Part shown: positions 1 through 13,793 of the stretch, piece by piece | Position numbering within the stretch: the first letter of the stretch is position 1 | Layout: the number at the start of each line of letters is the position of its first letter | NCBI RefSeq assembly: GCF_009914755.1 | Contig: NC_060936.1 | Source of the DNA: the human T2T-CHM13v2.0 reference genome, Homo sapiens | Reading direction: 5' to 3' (one strand) | Length of the DNA: 64,000 nucleotides | The notes under the pieces: generated by a model | Database searches by the model: none | Told to the model about the DNA's origin: nothing | What the model saw: only the letters and a program-made list of their open reading frames with translations | Program-made: the position numbers and the translations under genes

Positions 1-61
1 CTTTATAAATTACCCAGTCTCGGGTATGTCTTTATCAGCAGCATGAAAACGGACGAATACA
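1..61 (+). mobile_element. 3' end of THE1 (ERVL-MaLR) LTR
   Basis: ataaattacccagtctcgggtatgtctttatcagcagc...aataca is the THE1 LTR terminus; cut by the window edge. Confidence 0.85.
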
Positions 62-439
62 ACCAGCAATGCTAAAAAGGAAAAATACACTTTCAAGACC
101 ACAGGCAAGATTTTATTTGCTGGGTCTGAATCAGATACACAGACCCCAGACAAATCTAAGGCTAAGTGAAAGAATACGAGAAGAAACAGATTTTCAGGAA
201 GGAATGTGAGACCTATAGCATTTTTCTTCCAGGGATGAAATCATGTGATAATCGGACATCTACTATCCATCAATTTCATTCAATAAACATATTTCAAATG
301 TCTTTATCATGATTAGAGCCAGCCACTTTTAAGCCAACTAACCATTTTCTGAAGTCTTTGTCCTGTCTACTTTGTTTCCTCCATAGAAACACACATGAAA
401 GCAAACACAGCCCCTTCCTCCACTACATTTGTTAAGTAG

Positions 440-1445
440 CCGCATATTATTTCAGAATTTATTACCAATTCTCTAAATTGAACATTGGGTTATTTCCAAA
501 TGCTCAATATTACAAAGGACATTGAAATGAACATCCTATGAAGAAACTTCTACACACGATCTTAATGACTTCCAAAGAATAGTTATGTCAAAAGTGTGCA
601 TGTGCCTAAGGTTTTCAATACACATTGCCAAACTCTCCAGAAAGATCACGTTATAGTTAAGGCAAACTTTTCACTACGTTTCCTGGTATTATCATTGCCA
701 CATTTGCCAAGATTTGGCTGTAACACTCAATAAATTTTTTTCAAAACCATTTTTATTATAGTGTATAAGAAGCAAAGTAGGTAAAGTACACAAGCTAAAG
801 TATACAGTCTGATGAATTTTTACATAGGTATGCCTCTGTAACATCACTTGTATCAAAATACAGAATATTTCCAACACCCAGAATGTTTCATTATGACTCT
901 TTCAAATCAATACTTCCCAGCCCCACCCTGGCATAAGGGATAATCTTTTTTTTTTTTTTTTAACTTCCTTCCATAACCACTAACAAGTTTTACCTCTTCC
1001 TGAACTTCGTAAAAGTACTCTTTTAGTGTCTGGCTTATTTCACCCAACATGATATCTTTGAAATTCATCCATGTTCCTGCATGTTTCATTAGTTTATATT
1101 TTAATTAGTTCATTATTTATATTGCTATGAAGTATTTCCCTGTATAGGAAGCACCACATTTTATTGTATCCATTCCCCTCTTGATATCCACTTGGATTAT
1201 TAATTAGTTTGGGGCTGTTAGGAATAAGGCCGATATGGACACTATTGTGCATGTCTTTTAGAAGACACATGTACATATTTCTCTTGGTTGTATACCTAGT
1301 AGTGGAACTGCTATTCTTGGGGTGGGTATACATTTAGCTTTAGTGGAAATTGCTGGTTTTTCAAAACGGCTGAACCAACTTAAATTCCCACCACAAATAA
1401 TGTGTGAGAGTTTCAGGTATTTCACATAGTTACCAACATACTGCT
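440..1445 (-). mobile_element. Old L1M fragments (ORF2 C-terminus and 3' UTR)
   Basis: Minus ORF 907-1089 reads TWMNFKDIMLGEISQ (L1 ORF2 TWMNLENIMLSEISQ); L1M 3' UTR-like sequence from about 745. Confidence 0.8.
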
Positions 1446-1647
1446 TAAACCTTAAGGTACTTGGTAGATATATGACATGACAGTCCTTACGTGTTCAATT
1501 TTTACATCAGTAATTTATTCTAGAGTTTACCTGTAGTATACAGATTACAATAATGAGGGAGGAAGTTTAGTCAGTTGATTTAAGTGGATGATCCTAGGTA
1601 GAGAGGGTCCCAATTATCCTGGTCAGCATGTCTGAGACCGTCCAAAA

Positions 1648-2201
1648 CAAGGGTGCCCCACTCCGGGGCCATGGACTGGCACCCGTGCATGGCCTGTTAG
1701 GAACTGGGCTGCATAGCAGGAGGTGAGTGGCAGGTGACCGAACAAGCGAGCGAGCAAGTGGAGCTTCATCTGTATTTACAGCTGCTCCCCATCACTCACA
1801 TTACCACCTGAGCTCCGCCTCCCATCAGATCAGAGGCAGCATTAGATTCTCATAGGAGCATGAAACCTATATGAACTGTGCATGCGAGGGATCTAGGTTG
1901 GGCGCTCCTTACAAGAATGTAATGCCTGAGGATCTGTCACTGTCTCCCGTGCCCCCCGAGATGGGACTGTCTAGTTGCAGGGAAACAAACTCAGGGCTCC
2001 CACTGAATCTACATTATGTTGAGTTGTATAATTATTTCATTATATATTACAATGTAATAATAATAATAGAAATAAAATGCACAATAAATGTAATGCACTT
2101 TAATCATCCCCAAACTATCCCTTCCCCTCAACCCGCCCACTGTCTGAAAAATTATCTTCCATAAAACCAGTCCCTGGTGCCAAAAAGGTGGGGGACTGCT
2201 G
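1648..2201 (+). mobile_element. MER1A hAT-Charlie DNA transposon, near full length
   Basis: Termini caagggtgcccca ... ggtgggggactgctg; internal gcagcattagattctcataggagc; degenerate 8-bp TSD gtccaaaa/atctaaag. Confidence 0.9.
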
Positions 2202-2805
2202 ATCTAAAGTGCAAAAATGTCAAAGAAAAATCCATATGACCTTTCAAGTCAAGTTATTCACCTCCAAGATGAACCTCTAAGATGTGACAGTCTATAATAT
2301 GCCACAGAGTCAACAATCTAAAGAAAGATACAGGCACCTGTATCTCAAATCTAAGAGGGCCTATGTTACTCTGCACATTAAGACTTCTCATCTCCATGAG
2401 AAGTCTCAAAAATTGTTAAAAAGTCTATTAAAAATCATAATAAGGCCTATAAAACCTTTAGACTTTACCTAGTTGAGGCCTTACATGTCCCTGAGAAGGA
2501 TGTATTACCGTGTTCATTTTATAAATAAGTGAACTGAGGTTTTTTAAGAGATATAGCTACTGAGATAATGAATCAGTCTCAAAGGCTATGTAGAAGAACC
2601 AATTTCAATTCGTTGTCCTCCAACTAATCCATTGCCGGACTTTTTCCAAATGCACACTTACAAAAAGTAATTTGTAACCGTCTACCTGGAAGATCTAGCC
2701 ATCTGTTAGACACCTGGAGCCAAGAATGTCTGAATCTGCACGAATGCCAAGAAGTGTGCAAAACTGAACTTGCGATCTGCCCCACCATTTCCTGGGCATG
2801 CCCAG

Positions 2806-3268
2806 GGTGGCAGCGGTGCTGGTACCTTCCACCTGCCCCTCAAGATCCACCCCATCTTCTCTGGGAGTCCAGTGTACATGGCTGCATCCATGGACAAGGC
2901 TTCCTGCTGGGCTCGCCCCTGAGGAGCAGCAGCAGGGGGAAGGAGGGAGAAGAGGGAGGCTGGGGTGTTCATTTCCCCTGTTGCCTTCTCTATGGCTCAC
3001 TGTGGGCTGGCTCCATCCTCTAACTGAAGGGCACAGCTTGGGTCAGGAAGCCCCCTCCACAGAGCCTCTTCACCCCCAGGTTTGGGTAAGTACTCCCTTC
3101 CCTCCTCAGGTCTAGGGCTGGTGTTAGCCCTTCTGTGACTAACCTGAAGGAGCTCTGCAATGATCTGCATTTTCTCTCTACCTTTGTAAGAAGTTACTTC
3201 ATTAATGCTCTTCAGGTTATCTGATTTGGGTGTATCATCTGTTTCCTGTTTGGACTCTAGGTGATACT
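2806..3268 (+). mobile_element. LTR33-like ERVL solo LTR
   Basis: 3' end cctttgtaa...attaa...tttgggtgtatcatctgtttcctg...gatac resembles the LTR33 terminus. Confidence 0.6.
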
Positions 3269-3499
3269 GTAGTCTTGTCAAAGCCCAGAACTGAAGCCTT
3301 CATAATAAATGAAAAGAAGGGCTCCATTGGAAATATCATAAGTGATACATCTAGTCTTAGGAGGCCTGGAGGAGGAAAAAGGAATCAATGAGCTTTTCCT
3401 TACTGACTCATAAACCACCCAAGAAGAGTTGGTGGTCTCCTCAACACTGTTGCTACATAGCAAGGGGAGGGTGGGAAGAGGAAGAAGGAGGGAAAGGGC

Positions 3500-3890
3500 C
3501 ACATAGTGAGCACTTATTATGTGCCAGGTGCAGTACAGGATTTTCACACACATCATGTGATCACGTGCTGTGTAATCTTGTTTCGACCGTAACCTCTCTT
3601 TGTCCCAGTTTTTCATCTGTAAAATGAGAATAATAGTAGGATCTATTTTGTGGTGTTGAGACAATTAAATGAGATAATACCTGTAAAGTGGCTAACACAT
3701 CATACATGTTCAATAAATATTATCTATTAATAATGATGATGAGGATAATAGTAATGATTTTAAAAGCCTCATAATCATCTTCTAAAGTAGATATTATTTT
3801 GCCCATTTTAAAAAGGAAATTAAGGCTCCACCAGTGATGTCACAAAGAAGAGGCAGAAGGGAAATTAATCTGGATCCTGACATAAAATCT
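3500..3890. mobile_element. Cluster of MIR fragments, both orientations
   Basis: Core cagtttttcatctgtaaaatgagaataatagta...ttaaatgagataat (+) flanked by minus-strand MIR pieces. Confidence 0.7.
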
Positions 3891-4072
3891 TAGAAATTTC
3901 ACCATCATCACATCACCCTGCCCCTCAGTTGCCTCCCATGTGCCACAATTCACAATCTATATAAGGGATGGCATATATGTGACCCATGTGCTGTCATGCT
4001 CTTCTCCCAGATGAGTGATGGACAAGGGTCCTCTTTTGAGCTGACTCTCAGAATGCCTCCTAACATACTCCC

Positions 4073-4443
4073 TGTCTTAGTCCTTTTTCTGCTGCAATAA
4101 CAGAATATCACAGACTGGGTAATTTATAAAGGTCAGAAGTTTATTTGGCTCATGGTTCTAGAGGCTGGAAAGTCCAAGACTATGGCAACACTAACTGGCC
4201 AGGGTCGTCACCTAGAAGAAGGTATCATGTGGCAAGGAAGCAGGCACACAGGAAACAGAAAAAGGAGGCCAAACGTATCCTTTTAACAGGAACACATTCC
4301 TACAATAGCAGCATTAACCCACTCATGAGGGTAGATGCCTCACGGCCTAATAAGCTCTTAAAGGCCTCACCTCTTAATACTGTTACAGTGGCAATTAAGT
4401 TCCCAACAGATAAACTTTTGGGGGACACATTCAAACCACAGCA
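4073..4443 (-). mobile_element. MSTC/MSTD MaLR solo LTR
   Basis: tgtcttagtcc...cagactgggtaatttataaag...ggggacacattcaaaccacagca; 5-bp TSD ctccc/ctacc. Confidence 0.85.
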
Positions 4444-4559
4444 CTACCTAAGCACCCACTAATAATCACTCCCAGTTGACCTGTGAGGTAAAGCTAATTT
4501 ATCCTTGAAGAAAAACATTAATGCAGATGAACAGGACAAAGTCAGATTCAACAAAGACT

Positions 4560-4676
4560 GTGTGCTCCATAGATCAAAATTTTGTTTTGTTCACACCAGT
4601 ATCCCTAGGGCCCAGAACAATGCTTGATATGTAGAAAGCACTCAGTAAATACTTGCTGAATAAGTGAATGAATAAA
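4560..4676 (+). mobile_element. L2 3' end
   Basis: gcccagaacaatgcttgat...ctcagtaaatacttgctgaataagtgaatgaa. Confidence 0.65.
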
Positions 4677-5221
4677 AGGTATTATATAAAGACCCATGCC
4701 TTCAGAGAATTTACAGAGAATGAAGACAGACAAAAGGAAGACCATAAACAGACCTAATGCAAACTAGCCTAAGATAGGCACCATAAAAGCATAGTCAGTT
4801 GTGGGTAAAATAAGAAGAGAGGGAAGTCTGAATTAGTCTGGGTAACAGCATTTAAAAAAGAATATGGTGTTGCTTTCAAGTTATCTTAATCTAAGCTCAC
4901 CCTCTTCTCAGGCAGATACTCTAATAGGCCTGCTTTAACAAGCAGATGAAAATAATTTATAATTAGTAACACTATTTACCTTAAACTGTTTACAACTTAA
5001 GTTCATAAATCTCTTTGGAGAGAACAAATGGGACTTTCAACCCAATTCTGGGTGGGTCAGTGTGAATAAATGAGATCTTGAATTATTCGAACAAGAGCCC
5101 TAAGGTGCTATCACTTGTCCTTTTCTCACTGAAACCTAACAGGGGCCCACACAGAGACTTTCTCCTCTTCCTTTGCTCTAACATGGAAATATTTTTTTTT
5201 TTTTTAATTTTAAGAGCCATA

Positions 5222-5494
5222 GGCCAGGCGCTATGACTCATATCTATAATCCCAAGACTTTGTGAGGCAGAGGCAGGAGGATAACTTGAGCCCAGGAGTT
5301 CAAGACCAGCTTGGGCAACACAGGCAAACATCATATCTATTAAAGAAAAAAATTTTAAAAATTAGCCAGATCTGGTGGTGCATGCCTGTAAGTCCCAGCT
5401 ACTTGGGAGGCTAAGGTGGGAGGATCACTTGAAACCAGGAGTTTGAGGCTGAAGTGAGCTACAATCATGCCACTGCACTCCAGCCTGGAAAAAA
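5222..5494 (+). mobile_element. AluJ
   Basis: Dimeric Alu with J-type ggaggatcacttga...ggctgaagtgagctac; truncated 3' end. Confidence 0.9.
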
Positions 5495-5587
5495 GTAATA
5501 ATTGTTCTAAAAAGTTCCAAAAATACAAAAATTTAAACAGTAGAGAGTGAAAGCAAGCAAACAACTTCTCCCCAACCCAAATGACAA

Positions 5588-6202
<615 letters not shown>

Positions 6203-6309
6203 TAACTCACCATCTCTTATTCATCCATCTATACATCAAACAAGTTGTGTAATATAACACCTCCCGTTTGTCAACCGGTTTTTTTTTCATTTAACTATTT
6301 ACTGTGGCT

Positions 6310-6646
6310 ATCATACTCCAATCAGGCTGCTATAAAAAAATGCCATGGATTCTACACGACTGAAATTTATTTCTCACAGTTCTAGAGGCTGGGAAGTTCA
6401 AGATCAAGGCATTGGCAGACTCAGTGTCTGGTAGGACCTGCTTCCTCATAGATGGAGCCTTCTTGTTGCTTCCTCATGTGGTGGAAGGGGCAAACAAGCT
6501 CCCTCAGCCTAATCCCACTCATGAGGACTCTACCCTCTTGACCTAATCACCTCCCAAAGGTCCCACCTCCTAATACCATTGCACTGGGGATTAAGTTTCA
6601 ACATAATGACTGGGAGTGGAGGCACACAAACATTCAGACTAGAGCA
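6310..6646 (-). mobile_element. MLT1A-type MaLR solo LTR
   Basis: aatttatttctcacagttctagaggctgggaagttcaagatcaagg...cacaaacattcagactagagca. Confidence 0.8.
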
Positions 6647-7452
6647 GTGGCCATCATTCTTCAGGTTTTCACAGAACAATCAACTTTCTAATATGTATGT
6701 CAATATCACCCATATCCCTATCAAGTTTCTTACAGGCATTTCATGACCAGCCATGCATTCAAAAGCATCTCTTCCCTACCTCACTTATCTTGCTGGGGAA
6801 ACAGCACAGAGAGTACAGACTGCAAAGGGCTCATAAGAAATGGGAGCTATAACCCTGTGACTTCCCTTTGCAGTAAACACATGACCCTGGTAATCAGTCA
6901 CTCTCCAACTTGGCTGGTCCGGTGTGGTAGAACACACCCTGGGTGACTGTGCAGTTTGGTTGGGAAAATATTTGCCAAGCAAATGTCTTGGGTAAGTGGG
7001 GAGTCCCAACCAAAAATGTGAGATGTTAGTCTTCTGCTCATTTAGCTAATGTGAAGAACTAGCTTTAGACTGTATAGTTTTCATACCTAATTCCTAGCAA
7101 CTCACAGATTCATAGATAAACTGATTTTACATTGGCTTACTTCCTACAATTATTTTGATGGCACTTTGTTGATATTCTACTAACAAATGTGTTTTTTCCT
7201 AGAAAGTTTCAATTTAGTCAGTAAATATGTACTACTGTAGGTGGTCTTTGGTATTTGGTTTAGTGAGGATAGAGAAAAAAACATCTTTAGCATGCGAAAA
7301 TTATTCCTGGAATAATTTTCAGGAATGGCTTAATTAAGAGTTAAGTTTTTGCTAGAAGAAACTTTCTATGATAGCACTAATATTAAAGAAAGCAAAACAT
7401 TTTTTGATCTCACATATGATTCTAACGTATATTAGTTAACCAAATTGGCTGG

Positions 7453-7969
7453 TGTTCCAGTTACTGCTATATAATATGCCATCCCAAAAATTGGTGGCCT
7501 AAGACAATACTAGTCATTTATTTTTCTCATGAAATCTGCAATTAGGGCAGTGCTCAGCGGGAACAGCTCATCTCTGCTCTATGGGGCATTAACTGGGGTC
7601 ATTCAATTGAGGCAGGGGATCCACTTCCAAGATGGCTCTCTCATATGGTTGGCAAGTTGCTGCTGGCTGTAGGATGGCAGCTAAGCTGGGCTGTCAGCCA
7701 GTGTCCACATTTCCTTTCCATGTGGGCCTCTCTATGGGCTTCTTGCAGCTTGGCAACTGGATTCTAAGAGTCAGTGTTCAAAGAAACCAAGGCAGATGCT
7801 ACAAATCTTCTTACAGTCTACCTCATAAGTCAAGCAATGTCATCTCCACCGCATTCTACCAGTTAAGCAAATTGTTAAGACCAGCCCAAAGTCAAGCAGG
7901 GGATAATAAGATCCCACATCTCAGTGAAAGGAGTTGCAAATAATTCATGGCCACCTTGAATCTACCACA
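7453..7969 (-). mobile_element. Older MLT1 (F/G/H-like) solo LTR
   Basis: ccacttccaagatggctc...ggttggcaagttgctgctggctgt...aatctaccaca terminus. Confidence 0.7.
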
Positions 7970-8094
7970 GCACATAAAAGAAACAATATAAATGAATCTC
8001 TGAAACTCATGGTTTGGATATCGAAGTGGCAAAGAGAAGCCAAGAGTAGAATTAGAGTCTCTCATGGTTGGACCAACTCTCTTGACAAGAAGGA

Positions 8095-8570
8095 AGACAC
8101 AGTGGTCAAGAGCACAGGCCAAGGCCAGGAGCTATGGCTCACTCACACCTGTAATCCTGGCACTCTGCGAGGCTGAGACAGGTGGATCACCTGAGGTCAG
8201 GAGTTTGAGACCAGACTGGCCAACATGTGAAGCCCCATCTCTACTAAAAATACAAAAATTGGCCAGGCATGGTGGTGCACACCTGTAATCCCAGCCACTC
8301 AGGAGGCTGAGGCAGCAGAATCACTCGGACCTGGGAGGCGGAGGTTGCAGTGAGCTGAGATCACGCCATTGCACTCCAGCCTGGGTGACAGAGCGAGACT
8401 CTCTCTCCCCGCCAAAAAAAAAAAAAAGAGCACAGGCCACCCAAGTGTGACTCCTATGTTCTGTCATGTACCAGCTGAATGACCATAGACAAACTGTCCT
8501 TTCCATGTCCCCATATCTTCATCTACAAAATGGGGAAAATAATGATGTCCACTGCAGGGTTTATCCAGAG
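8095..8570 (+). mobile_element. MIR interrupted by an Alu
   Basis: agtggtcaagagcacagg before the Alu; tcttcatctacaaaatgggg after it. Confidence 0.65.
8123..8425 (+). mobile_element. AluSx-like
   Basis: Full Alu; TSD aagagcacaggcca at 8108-8121 and 8426-8439. Confidence 0.95.
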
Positions 8571-9605
8571 AAATCAAGATTCTGCTTTTTAATTAACTTT
8601 AAAATTTTTTTAACCTGGTATATAACATGCTCACAGAAAACTGCAAAATAAGTGCTCTGTGAATTTTTACTAACTGAACAGACTTAGCTGACCACCACCC
8701 AGACCAAGACGTGGAACACAGGAAGGACTGGGAAACAACAGGGAGCGGGAACAATAGGGAGTGGGGAAGGGGAGTAGGAAACAACAGAGGGTGCTGGAGA
8801 CTTCAGGAAACAGGAGACCACAGATTCTTGGCTCTTGCCAGTAATAAAGGTGGGATGTGTAGATTAAGCAAAACATGGCAGAGGCCAGACTTAGTCCACA
8901 TACCCCTGTTTGGAACCTTGAAAATAGGAGGTGTTAGCAGCTTGAAGAAGTGGGGAGGGTTTGGAATAGTGTTAAGGGATGGGAAGATGGAGGTGCGTGA
9001 AGAACAAGAAGGGAATGTCAGCATAAGAGAGGCTGACATCATAGGTATAGCTCAGTATGGCAGGGATAATGGGCGTGGGGTTAACTAGGCTCAAGGTTCT
9101 AGAAGGAATCTTGGTGTGAAGTTGTCCTAATACAGGAAGAAGCCTACCAGGTGCTGAGAAACGCTCAGAGACAAACCTCTTGCCACAAAGCCAAGTGATC
9201 ACCCTTCCTAGCTGTCACCTATTTAATCACTAAAACATCACAAGGAGCTCCACTCCCATATGCAACTGTGCTCAGTCTTTCTCCCCCTCTCCTTTTGCTC
9301 ATTCCCACACATAGTAAGACGTTTGTTTTCTCTCCCTTGCTCACTTTGTCTTGCTTTTGTGTATACTGCCCCTCTGCGTAGAGTTCCTAAAATTTCTCTC
9401 TCTTATGAAACATCTCACAGCGCACATACTGTTGGAAGATTTGGGCACTTCAAATCCTTTTTGGAAAGAGGCAGATACAAAATGAGGAACACGAAAAGTG
9501 AAGTCCTGTTCACAACTCTGGCTCTGAAATCCAAGGTATCTGGTAGACCTCTTGAAATAATCCCGAGCCCTCCTCACCTTGGCTACGGCAGGCAGTTTAA
9601 GAAGT

Positions 9606-9685
9606 ATGTAACTAACCTGCACAATGTGCACATGTACCCTAAAACTTAGAATATAATAAAAAAAAAAAATTAAAAAAAAAAAAAA
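9606..9685 (+). mobile_element. Extremely 5'-truncated young L1 (L1Hs-like) with poly(A)
   Basis: atgtaactaacctgcacaatgtgcacatgtaccctaaaacttagaatataat + A-tail; TSD aagaagt at 9599-9605 and 9686-9692. Confidence 0.9.
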
Positions 9686-10899
9686 AAGAAGTGGCTAATG
9701 AGATACTCAAGAGTGGTGGGAGGAGGGGAAATCCGGAATCATTAGCAACTAACTGGGTGACTGGCAGATCTGGAGATGACGGCCCATGGCATGCAGCTGG
9801 CAAGGGTAACATCAAGAAGAAGACTAATTTATTTAGAAATATTTAAATCAAACTCCCATCTGAACATTAGAATATGCCTGCACCTTACTAGATGAGACAG
9901 CACACAATAAGCATTTCAGTTTAGTGCTTGGCAAAGAGCAGGTGCCTCTAAACGTTTTCCCCTTACTCACCCCTTTTCCTTTCTTCTCCTACTCTATCAG
10001 GCTGTATATGGTTACATGAAGCCTTATTTACTTAGGGACCCTGCTGGCTACAGTCAGCTCTTCTTCTCAAGCTGTGCCCCTGGCCTGATCTGAACTACAT
10101 GGCCACACTAGTTTTCAATTGACTTTGGAAGAAAGATTTTTGAATCATTTCATTCATGTGTTAAAGGTGAAGTCTCTAGTTCACAGATCTTGAGTGTCTT
10201 TGGAAATATGTTCTGCCTTTTATCATCCCTGCCTTTTATCATACTACCTTGGAGGCAGTGTGATGGTGCAGCTGGTTAGTTCATGTGTGTGAACACTTTT
10301 TTATGTTCAGTGCATGTTCTATTGAAAGATACAGGTACTTTACATATATTTGGAAAGAGGCAAGATGTAAATTAATGAAATCAAAGTGAAGAAAATCCCA
10401 TTTGCCACTGAAATCCCATTTTTCACCCTGTATTTGTAAGTATAGTGTTGTTTTTTTTTTTATGAAGCACTGTTTTGGGTATTTTAACTACTGTAGCATA
10501 AAATAAAACTAAGGAACAATAACTATTTGCTGGCTTCTCTATAACACAGCTCTAGATTCTTCACACTGTGAATGAAAATTCTTACTCAATAATTTAGGAT
10601 GAACTACAATTTTTATTTAAGAAATTCAGGATTATTTTGGAGAGGAAGCATATGGGTGGTGATGGGAACATGTTTTAGGCTCTACAAAAATGATAGTAAT
10701 TTATGAGAGGACCGTTTACATCACTCAGAATTTAGCACTGAGAGTCCACATTTTGGTTTAGAATTAAAACATTTTTATTTTCATTTACAGTTTAAAAGCA
10801 TTTAAAATTTAGCATATGTTCTTTTAGAAGTGTACATGCACACATACATTTTGTATAAACTGGACTATATGAATGCATTTTGAAATATGTTTTTTCAAA

Positions 10900-11335
10900 A
10901 ATTTAATGCAAGCCTTTCTATTATGATTGCTACATCTACAACACTGAAGCCAACCAGTGTCTGTCTTGTTGGATGTTATCCTCAGTGCTTTACTATTTTA
11001 AACAATGCTTAGATGGTCATTCTTTACATATATCTTTATATGCCTATCCCATTGTTTCCTTAGGATAATCTCTAGAAGTGGACTGACTGAAACGAAGGAT
11101 AAATACATTTTAAAGTCTGGAATATATATTTCAAGCTGCCCTCCCCCTATATTATGTTGATCTATAATCCTGCCAGAGTACTCTTCTTCATACTCTTGCC
11201 AGCATTGGTTCCTGCATTTCTTTGCTATCTTCACAAGTTTAATTATACATCTTTTGTTATTTGCAAAGTTTAATTTTGTTCACACATGTATTGCCACCTG
11301 AATTTCTTTTTCGGTGAAGTGCCTGTTCATGACCT
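10900..11335 (-). mobile_element. Old L1M ORF2 fragment
   Basis: Minus ORF 10998-11234 has NQCWQE and SPLLEI, resembling L1 ORF2 CWRG and IPLLGIYP motifs. Confidence 0.65.
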
Positions 11336-12626
11336 ATGCAGGCGTGAGGTCTTGCCTGTGGTTTGATCCTACACTGATAAATTTCACATATTTCATATAT
11401 TGTTAATGCACAGCAGACATCGCAGGCCTCTGATGAATGGCTGTGTGTATTTTTGAGGCAGTTCTGGCTGTAAAATATAAATAGGGTAGAAAAAGGAATG
11501 ACTCAAAGCTCTTACTTCTTGTCTGAAGTAAACAAAACATGCGCTCCAGTATATTTGGGTCAACACAACCAGCATTTCTAGCTAAAGAAAAAGGGCTGGC
11601 TCTGGCTGCTGAGTCACTTAAATCATGTTTCACTTGGCAACATGACTCTAAGTCCTTCTGCAAATAAAGAGGGGCTGATAGCTACTCCAAGCTCCAAGCA
11701 ATGCATTAATGACAAAAAGATAAATTTACCCACACAGAAACATAGAAACAAGAGCAGGAGTCCAGCTATTTATACAAGTTCAATCACTACTTTATTTTTA
11801 ATCCAGTTCCTCTTTCTTTTTAAATTAGAATTTAAATGCCAAATGCTGTGAGGCTAGAGGTCATTTTAAACCAAACATCTGAAATCCAAAAGCCCTTTCT
11901 GGCCATTTTTATTACTTTAACTGTTAAACGGTACATCGCATTCATGGATATATCCCTAGTACCACGAGTTCATTATTTCCTATTGCAAGCCAGACTGCCT
12001 CCTATATTCTGTCATTTCTGTCCACTCGCATAGCTAACTTCCGAGGTAATCAGGCCAAAGACTTTGACAAAAATCTTTATTCCTCCTTCTCCCTTGCCCT
12101 CCTTACCTAATCAATTGCCAAATCCTAGAGATTTTTAATATTTTCTTAATATAAAGCTTTTACTGTAGAACAGTTTTAGATTTATAGCAAAGTTGCAAAA
12201 TTCACCTATTCTCCTAACCTAGGTCCCTGTAATGTGAACATCTTACATGGCCACAGTAAATTTGTCACAACCAAGGAACCGACACTGATACATGACTATT
12301 AACTGAGCTCCACACTTTGTTCAGATGTCACCAGTTTTTCCCTAATGTCCTTTTTCTCTCCCAAGGTCCCATGTCCAGGATACCACACGATGTTTAATCA
12401 CGTCTCCTTAGTCTCCTTTGATCTGTGACCGTGGTTCAGTCTTGCCTTGTTTTTATGGCCTTGGCAGTTTTGAGGAATAGTGATCAGGTATATTGTAGAC
12501 TGTCCCTAGGTCTACCTGGTCATTTTCTCATGCTTCAACTGCTGTCAATGGCTTTTCTGGAGGATGACCGCAGGGCTGGGGTGCCATTTTCATCAAATCC
12601 TATCAAGGATGCATGCTATCAACGTG

Positions 12627-13793
12627 GCTCTCGGCTGCTTCACTCGCAACACTTCTAACACCAACTGTGGGGGTTTTTCCTCACACTAATTCTCCAGTTT
12701 TCTGGACAGCAGCCAGGTATCCTGTAATTCAATTCGATTCAGTTCTGACACTAACTACCCAGAGTTAACACAGAGCCCCACAAGACTGCCCCATTTCAGA
12801 CACCAATTGCAAGTCCTGAGCCCTCCACACTTCTGACTGGCTATAAATCTGGGGTCAGGGGAGTCCTAAAACTCCCTCCTCAGGGCTCACAGAACTAAGG
12901 AGAATACTTTCCTACTCTTACTTGTTTGTTATAAAGGATACACATAAACAGCTCAAGGAAGAGGCACACGGGGTGAGGTCCAGAAGGGGCAGAGTACAGA
13001 AGCTTCCATCCCTGTGGGGTTGGGATGTGCCCCATTCCTGGTACATGGATGCATTCATCAATCTGGAACCCTCAGAACCCTGTCCTTTAGGTTTTTTAAT
13101 GGAGCTTCCATAACAGAGGTATGATTGATTACATCATTGACCACTGGTGATTAACTCAATCTCGACCCCTTCACCCCTCCCTGAAGGAAGGGTGACTGCA
13201 TTAGTCTGTTCTCGTGCTGCTAATAAAGACATACCTGACACTGGGTAATCTATACAAGAAAGAGTTGTAATTGACTCACAGTTTCATATGGCTGGGGAGG
13301 CCTCACAATCACAGCAGAAGAACAAGGGACATCTTACATGGGAGCAGGCAAGAGAGAGCTTGTGCAGGGGAATTCCCCTTTATAAAACCATCAGATCTCA
13401 TGAGAGTCATTCACTGTCATGAGAACAGCACGGGAAAGACCTGCCCCCATGATTCAATTACCTCCCACTGGGTCCCTCCTACAACACATGGGAATTGTGG
13501 GAGCTGTAATTCAAGATGAGATTTGGATGGGGACACAGCCAAACCATATCAGTGGCCCTGAAAGTTCCACTCTTTAATTACATGGCTGGTTCCTTTGGCA
13601 ACCAGCTCCATCCTGGAGCTATCTAGGGGCCCACCAAAAGTCACTGCATTAGCAGAAACTCAGGTAAGGCTGAAGGGGCTTGTTATGAATAATAGAAAAT
13701 GCTCCTATCATGCATGTCACTCAGGAAATTCCAAGGGTTATAGAAGTTCTGTGTCAGGAACCAGGGACAAAGACCAAATATTTCTTACTCTAT
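12627..13793 (-). mobile_element. MER21-type LTR, itself interrupted by THE1
   Basis: ttctgacactaactacccagagtta; ccacaagactgcccc; caggaaattccaaggg...gtgtcaggaaccagggacaaagaccaaata. Confidence 0.8.
13197..13551 (-). mobile_element. THE1B-like solo LTR
   Basis: tgcattagtctgttctc...ggggacacagccaaaccatatca; TSD gtgac/gtggc. Confidence 0.92.
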
